From the IMG/VR virus record IMGVR_UViG_3300029305_007758: a stretch of DNA of 22,874 nt. The stretch is one strand, 5' to 3'. Position 1 is the stretch's first letter. Every line of letters begins with the position of its first letter. The stretch comes from a virus (Duplodnaviria > Heunggongvirae > Uroviricota > Caudoviricetes). Of this stretch, positions 17,827 to 22,874 are shown piece after piece. A model generated the notes under the pieces. The model had not been told where the DNA came from. It searched no databases and worked only from the letters and a program-made list of their open reading frames with translations. The position numbers and the translations under genes are program-made.

Positions 17827-18239
17827 GTTACTTTTGCCTCTTTCTTTACTCGCTTTGGTTTATGAATGTTAAAATATTTTGAAATAGCTTGACATTCAAT
17901 ATCCAAAGTAATTCCATTTCCCAATGTTATCTGTTGCTTCTGAGGTGTCTGAATTTCATATAAAAAACCACTTTCTACTTTTGTAACCTCAAGCACCGGA
18001 CCATTAATGAGTAGATATGCATTACGACCGTCAACAATTGACATTGTAATAGACTGGAGCAACTCTTTTTCGATATGCTTTGTTGATATAATTTTGATTG
18101 TGTCCGCTGTAAGCTGTGACAAAATTGCACTTTCGTCTACAAGACTTAATGTTTCGTTTTCTTTCTGTAACGGATTCTTTGGAACATTTAAATAAAATGT
18201 TGCCATACAATACGTTACTGGCATGTTTTTCTTTGCCAT
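17823..18239 (-). CDS. Hypothetical protein (138 aa), first gene of the three-gene parM-like operon
   Basis: RBS AGAGGTG upstream; its TGA overlaps the next ATG at 17823-17826. Confidence 0.75.
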   Translation of the reverse strand: MAKKNMPVTYCMATFYLNVPKNPLQKENETLSLVDESAILSQLTADTIKIISTKHIEKELLQSITMSIVDGRNAYLLINGPVLEVTKVESGFLYEIQTPQKQQITLGNGITLDIECQAISKYFNIHKPKRVKKEAKVT

Positions 18240-18294
18240 AAATTCGTTTCACCTCTTTGCTTAAAGCCTTATAATTCTTGTTTCTTATCATATA

Positions 18295-18328
18295 AGGTTC
18301 AAAAAATAATGAAACGTAGTAAAAGTTT
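18295..18328 (-). promoter_or_regulatory. Class II motif AAACTTTTACTACGTTT-N11-GAACCT upstream of the parM-like operon
   Basis: Same 17-nt block and spacer as at 13703-13736. Confidence 0.6.
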
Positions 18329-18334
18329 ACGTTT

Positions 18335-18700
18335 TTAAAATTTAATTGTCATTATCGCAAACCATGCAAACGCAATCAGGGCCATTGTAAACAACGGCGT
18401 TCCAATATGATATGTTCTACGACCTAAGTGTTCATTTCTGCTACCATCTTTATTAAACATATTTGTTATACTTGTTTCAGATTTTTTCTGTTTTCTTATA
18501 TTCACAAATGTAATTGCTACATAAAGTGCATTTATAATTAATAACGTTGCAAAAATCCACTCATTGTTCTGTAAATATGTAAGTATGTTTAACCATGTGT
18601 TTTCACTTGTTAAATTATGAACATTATCACGAATGCCGGATGTTAATGGTGTGATAATTTCTGTAATTTCTGTATTTGTTACAATTAAATTTGTTTTCAT
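18335..18700 (-). CDS. Small membrane protein with two predicted transmembrane helices
   Basis: Hydrophobic stretches WIFATLLIINALYVAITFV and LFTMALIAFAWFAIMTI; RBS AAGGAG. Confidence 0.72.
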   Translation of the reverse strand: MKTNLIVTNTEITEIITPLTSGIRDNVHNLTSENTWLNILTYLQNNEWIFATLLIINALYVAITFVNIRKQKKSETSITNMFNKDGSRNEHLGRRTYHIGTPLFTMALIAFAWFAIMTIKF

Positions 18701-18715
18701 GTTTTTCTCCTTTTC

Positions 18716-18751
18716 AAAAAGAAGAGAGCCACAAATTTTGCCGCTCTCTCC
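18716..18751 (-). terminator. Intrinsic terminator after the 439-aa gene
   Basis: Minus-strand GAGAGAGCGGC/GTGGCTCTCTTC followed by TTTTT. Confidence 0.7.
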
Positions 18752-18765
18752 TATATTCGATTTAA

Positions 18766-20085
18766 TTATTCTTCCGAATCAGTTGTTTCTTCTGGCGAAT
18801 GTTTCTCAAATCCTCTTTCCATGAAACACTGCGGACATTCTACAAAATGTGGACCCGGTGCTAAGAATGTAATATCTTCTTCCCATTCATTTGCACAAAA
18901 TGCACATCCCATCTTTACAACTTGATGTACAACCTGTTTCTGAAACTCATTTGTTGCAATATCAAGATTATACAAACGTTCATATAATTCTGTGGAATAA
19001 TCATTTGAAATCTCCATATACATCGAACACCATTGTGTCTTAAATTGATTTGTTTTTAATGTATCAATCATGGTGTTCTTAATATTTGTCCACTGCGAAT
19101 TACATGTACTGGTAATATATTCGATTGTTTTTTCATATTGCTTACGAAGTTCATTTAACAATTCCCAATTTCTTTCGTCTTCTTCTTTTGTTAAATGTTT
19201 TTTAATAATAAGATTTGCATCTTTTTTCTCTTTTAAAACAGGAGCTGGTGGTTCATTTGATTCTGTTTCTTTATTTTCTTCTACAGGCTTTGTATCTACA
19301 GGTTTTGTATTTACAGGTTCTTTTGAAGTCATTCTGTTACGAAATCCTTGTAACATAGCACCTGCTGTTCCATGTTTTGGTTTTGTATCTTCTGTTACCG
19401 TTGCATTTGTTTCAGAAGTTACAACATCTTCTGTTTTTATATGTTTTGTTTCAGAAGTTCCTGTAACAGTAATTGGTTCCACTTCTTTTGTTACTATATC
19501 TTTTGTTTCATCGATCCATGCAAAGTCAATATCCGGATTATATGTATCAGTATCACAATTTTCATAATGTGCAATTAATGTGTTGTTTACAAATTGTTCT
19601 ACGGATACGGTTTTTAATATTTCTTCAATCTTTTTGCCAATATCAGAATTCTGTAACAATTCATTTGTTAATCCTTCAAAACCAAGCATATTCACAATTT
19701 CTGTAAAATCAAATGCTGGGTCCTTATATAATCCAGTTACATCAAATTTGTTACAATCTTTTGACTCGCATGATTTAAAGAAATAAAGACTACCCGGCTG
19801 TCTGATTACATCTTTATCATTTTCAAAATAATATGTTTGTGGAGATGTGGTATTATTCTTATCCCGACATACTTTCTCATTTAACATTAATCCGTTTTCA
19901 GCAAAAAACATTGTCTCCTTTTCAACGCAAAGTTCAATGTCTTTGTCAGAGCCTGTTAATATGATATTTTGTACCAAACCTTTACCGCTACGAATTGTGT
20001 ACACTTTATTAAATGCTGCCAATTGAGGACATACATCTTTACACCAGTCAGCAAGTATTACTGATTCTGTCATTTTGTCTCTCAT
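18766..20085 (-). CDS. Hypothetical protein with low-complexity linker and C-terminal CxxC-CxxC zinc ribbon
   Basis: 439-aa ORF; T/E/K/P-rich middle; CAFC...CPQC near the C-terminus. Confidence 0.8.
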   Translation of the reverse strand: MRDKMTESVILADWCKDVCPQLAAFNKVYTIRSGKGLVQNIILTGSDKDIELCVEKETMFFAENGLMLNEKVCRDKNNTTSPQTYYFENDKDVIRQPGSLYFFKSCESKDCNKFDVTGLYKDPAFDFTEIVNMLGFEGLTNELLQNSDIGKKIEEILKTVSVEQFVNNTLIAHYENCDTDTYNPDIDFAWIDETKDIVTKEVEPITVTGTSETKHIKTEDVVTSETNATVTEDTKPKHGTAGAMLQGFRNRMTSKEPVNTKPVDTKPVEENKETESNEPPAPVLKEKKDANLIIKKHLTKEEDERNWELLNELRKQYEKTIEYITSTCNSQWTNIKNTMIDTLKTNQFKTQWCSMYMEISNDYSTELYERLYNLDIATNEFQKQVVHQVVKMGCAFCANEWEEDITFLAPGPHFVECPQCFMERGFEKHSPEETTDSEE

Positions 20086-20103
20086 GTTTTTCTACCAACT
20101 TTC

Positions 20104-20304
20104 TTATACGATTTCAAAAATATTATTATCAGCTTCACCAACAGCTTCTAATCCACGAATCGCTGTTTTTGCTGCAGCTTCTGTTTTGTATTCTTTTGCT
20201 TCATCAATATCATATGTGTTTTCAAAATGCCCCATCTGTCTTGAGAATGCTTTTACATATCCTGTTTCGCCACTAATTTTGTTTGTCCATTGAATTTTAC
20301 TCAT
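20104..20304 (-). CDS. Small hypothetical protein (66 aa, MSKIQWTNK...; start moved from 20391)
   Basis: GAAAGGA RBS before ATG 20304; the longer ORF call overlaps the upstream gene and the ACCATATTTA motif. Confidence 0.7.
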   Translation of the reverse strand: MSKIQWTNKISGETGYVKAFSRQMGHFENTYDIDEAKEYKTEAAAKTAIRGLEAVGEADNNIFEIV

Positions 20305-20347
20305 GTTAGTATTTCCTTTCATTTTGTATCTTTTTCTTTTTTCACAA

Positions 20348-20357
20348 TAAATATGGT
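20348..20357 (-). promoter_or_regulatory. Class I motif ACCATATTTA upstream of the 66-aa gene
   Basis: Exact 10-mer 44 nt before ATG 20304. Confidence 0.6.
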
Positions 20358-20365
20358 CAAGAGTT

Positions 20366-21151
20366 TTACAAAGTAAAATCTGTTTCGCCAATAAATGAAA
20401 TCGCTTCTTCTGTCATTGGTTTCTTATGTTCCAATAAATAAAGACTATCTAATGGATGACACATTTCTATATTTGCCTCAGTAGCTAATGTTACAAGATC
20501 AATACACTGATCCATTGTTAATTTGTCACAAGGAATAATGATACGAAATACGCCTTTATCCATAAATACATTGATACTTGACATATCAATGTTCAAATTC
20601 TTTGTTTTCTCATAAAACCATGCAACATTTTTTCCTGCATCAGTCTTCATAGATAAATATGAGATTTGCGCCGGAGTTTCTGTAATGTATGATTTTTCGA
20701 TACAGGTGTCACCTATCTGTATAAAATCCGGGACAGAAACATCATTATCTTTTTCTATTTCGTCAACCTTTGATATAGCATCTTCCATAACTTCTTCCAT
20801 ACATGAGATCAAAAAATTGATTTCTTCACAATATGTAACAGACACACTTGCCACATGCATTGCTTGCTCCACTCTTTCTAAAAGTTCAATTTCTTCATTT
20901 AATGTTTCAGTTGTAGCAAATAATGCTAAAATTAAATCTGTTTCAATCACCTCTGATGTATCTAAAAATAGACACAACTCATCATTTTTTCGAATGTTAA
21001 TGAACTCATGCAATTCATCACTCGATTGATACAACATGTTTAAAAATCGGTCACCATTAAATTCATTAACCGAAAATCCTTTATTTTCAAATTCATTTCT
21101 TGAAATTCGAATCGTAAAATGTTCTCCTGTAAAATCAGTAATATTTGGCAT
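20366..21151 (-). CDS. Acidic 261-aa protein, possibly a MecA-family ClpC adaptor
   Basis: N-terminal FTIRISRNEFENKGFS and C-terminal INVFMDKGVFRIII...LATEA...YLLEHKKPMTEEAI resemble the two MecA domains (by eye); acidic helical linker; upstream AAAGGGAG RBS. Confidence 0.5.
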   Translation of the reverse strand: MPNITDFTGEHFTIRISRNEFENKGFSVNEFNGDRFLNMLYQSSDELHEFINIRKNDELCLFLDTSEVIETDLILALFATTETLNEEIELLERVEQAMHVASVSVTYCEEINFLISCMEEVMEDAISKVDEIEKDNDVSVPDFIQIGDTCIEKSYITETPAQISYLSMKTDAGKNVAWFYEKTKNLNIDMSSINVFMDKGVFRIIIPCDKLTMDQCIDLVTLATEANIEMCHPLDSLYLLEHKKPMTEEAISFIGETDFTL

Positions 21152-21189
21152 AATATTGCTCCCTTTATTTTTATTTACAAAAAAATAAT

Positions 21190-21211
21190 AGGTTCAATTA
21201 TTTACAAAACG
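21190..21211 (-). promoter_or_regulatory. Class II motif CGTTT-N11-GAACCT upstream of the MecA-like gene
   Basis: Fixed 11-nt spacer; 39 nt before ATG 21151. Confidence 0.55.
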
Positions 21212-21221
21212 AAGTTTTTTT

Positions 21222-21451
21222 AAGTGTAAAAATGTTATGCAAAATGAAATATGTTTTTCATTTTTATTATTAACAACCCATTATACATGACATTTTTTGC
21301 ACTTAGAGCAGAAAAAGTTATAGTGTGTGCCAATTTTATTTCCGTATCATAACTATAAGTTATAATATGGCTTTTTTTTTGCACTTCCGCCATTAAAGTG
21401 CAAAAATCTTGTTTCCAAGTGCAAAAATGTAACATTAACAAAATTGCACTA
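21222..21451. repeat. Array of AAGTGCAAAAA-type repeats in both orientations
   Basis: Exact 11-mers at 21294-21304 (-), 21376-21386 (-), 21396-21406 (+) and 21417-21427 (+); variants near 21222, 21236, 21324 and 21441. Confidence 0.8.
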
Positions 21452-21465
21452 AAATTAATCTGTTA

Positions 21466-21503
21466 CAAAAACAAAAGAGCCAACATTTCTGTTGACCCCT
21501 CTT
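21466..21503 (-). terminator. Intrinsic terminator after ligA
   Basis: Minus-strand AGAGGGGTCAAC/GTTGGCTCTT followed by TTGTTTTT. Confidence 0.65.
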
Positions 21504-21516
21504 GTTTCATTTTTAA

Positions 21517-22872
21517 TTAAACACCTGCAAGTGTTCTATAATCATCTTCACTGATGATAGCAACGCCAAGTTCCTTTGCCTTCTTGTTCTTACCACTTGT
21601 TGACTCGGTATCATTGTTAATCAAATAATCTGTATTCTTTGATACAGAACCGGATACTTTACCACCAAGTGATTCGATTTCAGCTTTTAATGCATCACGG
21701 TTTGCATAATGATTTACACTACCTGTGATAACAAATGTTTTACCTGCAACACCTGAATCAGAATTATATTCTTTTACATAATCTTCTTTTGTATCAATAA
21801 AAGTTAATTCACCAAGAACTCGCATCTCTGGTGTTGTTTCATTCATACATGCTGGTGCAAGGAATTTATCTTCAATAAATGAAACAAGGTTTGCTGCTAA
21901 AACATCACCGAATCCATTAATTGATGTAAAATCAAATCCTGATTCAACCATCTTTACTAATGAATGGAACAAACTCTTACCTTTGCTATGAGATTCTTCC
22001 CAAGCAATGATTTCTGGTGCAAGCATTTTTGCCTGGCCTTTACCAACCATTGGAATACTTAAGGCAGGTAAGAATTTCACAAATGTTGTCTGCTTGCTTG
22101 ATTTAATTGCATCAATCATGTTTTTGACTGATGTTTCTCCCCAACCTTCGAAACTTGATAATTCAATTACGTTTTCAGATGCATCAACTGGTGTCATTGG
22201 CGATACGAAACCAACCTGATCGTATTCATTTGTCATTAAGTATAAATCATAAATATTTTTGACAAATTCATTTCTTACCAAAAACTCAACTGTTGCTTCA
22301 GACATACCCTGGATATCCATGCATCCTCGTTCACAGAAATGTGTAATGTTACCAATCTGTTTGAAGCTGCATTCACTATTTGGACAAGTTAATAATGTCG
22401 CATTTTCAGTTTCTATAATACGCATATTGCATCCACACTCTGGACATCTTGTTGGAGCATTGTATCTTGCTAATAAATCAACAAGCGACATAGCATTTAC
22501 GTCCACAAGTTTTGCATCATAATTTACTGCTACCTGCGGAATAATCTTGTTAGCCTTAAAGACTGCAATAGTGTCACCAATCTTAATATCTTTCTCAATC
22601 ATCAGTCCCAAATTATGCATTGATGCACGTGTAACTGTAGTTCCTTCAAGTTCTACCGGATCAAATACGACAACCGGTGTAAATGCTCCAGTTCTACCAT
22701 CGGACCAAATGATGTCTCGCACAGTTGTGTCTTCTGTCTCATCTTTCCATTTTAATGCGTATCCGTTCCAAACATGTGGATGGTGACCTGTATCTGGCTG
22801 TACTTTTGCAAGTTCATAATCTTCTAAAGCAATAACCAGACCATCAACCGGATATTCATAAAGTTTTGGATC
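21517..22872 (-). CDS. ligA: NAD-dependent DNA ligase, 5' end runs off the window
   Basis: Frame is open upstream of the track's 22722 start: YPVDGLVI, TGHHP, ALKW; then GRTG..TPV, RASMHN, CPEC/CPNSEC zinc finger, HhH repeats and BRCT (FVITGS...GGKVSGSVSKNTDYLI). Confidence 0.96.
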   Translation of the reverse strand, partial: DPKLYEYPVDGLVIALEDYELAKVQPDTGHHPHVWNGYALKWKDETEDTTVRDIIWSDGRTGAFTPVVVFDPVELEGTTVTRASMHNLGLMIEKDIKIGDTIAVFKANKIIPQVAVNYDAKLVDVNAMSLVDLLARYNAPTRCPECGCNMRIIETENATLLTCPNSECSFKQIGNITHFCERGCMDIQGMSEATVEFLVRNEFVKNIYDLYLMTNEYDQVGFVSPMTPVDASENVIELSSFEGWGETSVKNMIDAIKSSKQTTFVKFLPALSIPMVGKGQAKMLAPEIIAWEESHSKGKSLFHSLVKMVESGFDFTSINGFGDVLAANLVSFIEDKFLAPACMNETTPEMRVLGELTFIDTKEDYVKEYNSDSGVAGKTFVITGSVNHYANRDALKAEIESLGGKVSGSVSKNTDYLINNDTESTSGKNKKAKELGVAIISEDDYRTLAGV

Positions 22873-22874
22873 AA

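Noticed and set aside
21218-21245. Possible Xer dif-like site (TTATGCAAAAT resembles an XerD arm)
   Set aside because: No matching XerC arm at the 6-bp spacing; it is better explained as a variant of the local TGCAAAA repeat.
21315-21335. Possible sigma54 promoter (TTGGCAC on the minus strand)
   Set aside because: No TTGC at the -12 position.
21235-21441. 68-aa ORF in the ligA downstream gap
   Set aside because: No RBS; it coincides with the repeat array and poly-T runs.
21222-21451. CRISPR array or tRNA interpretation of the repeat region
   Set aside because: Repeats are only 11 bp, in mixed orientation with irregular spacing; no cloverleaf or tRNA box motifs seen here or elsewhere in the window.
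21517-22722. Treating ligA as a truncated 401-aa ligase lacking its adenylation domain
   Set aside because: The reading frame stays open with ligase motifs to the window edge; the apparent truncation is a window artefact.
1632-22786. All plus-strand ORFs in the track and short off-frame minus-strand ORFs (e.g. 3062-3262, 5059-5295, 14688-14951, 18031-18291)
   Set aside because: They are antisense or off-frame shadows of long motif-bearing genes, with no RBS and atypical composition.

Overview
AT-rich 22.9 kb window in which every credible gene lies on the minus strand, with Firmicutes-type Shine-Dalgarno sites (AGGAGG, GAAAGGA). It looks like part of a large self-replicating extrachromosomal element, either a megaplasmid/chromid or a large plasmid-like phage of a clostridial (Lachnospiraceae-like) host. 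No virion genes are visible, so the two cannot be separated here. Replication genes: DnaE (partial), CHC2/TOPRIM primase, RecD2 helicase, SF2 DEAH helicase, an epsilon-like DEDD protein and NAD-dependent ligase (partial). Other genes: a ParM-like actin operon, a 1486-aa membrane-anchored multi-domain cell-wall hydrolase, a lipoprotein, a PilZ protein and a probable MecA-like adaptor. Most notable: (i) DnaE has an intact PHP metal site interrupted by a ~140-aa coiled-coil insertion, while the epsilon-like protein has lost its catalytic residues; (ii) most intergenic regions are terminator-plus-motif cassettes carrying one of two non-sigmaA upstream motifs, ACCATATTTA (5 exact copies) or CGTTT-N11-GA(A/C)CCT (4 copies); (iii) a mixed-orientation AAGTGCAAAAA repeat array lies downstream of ligA. 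All calls come from motif recognition by eye; no database searches were run.
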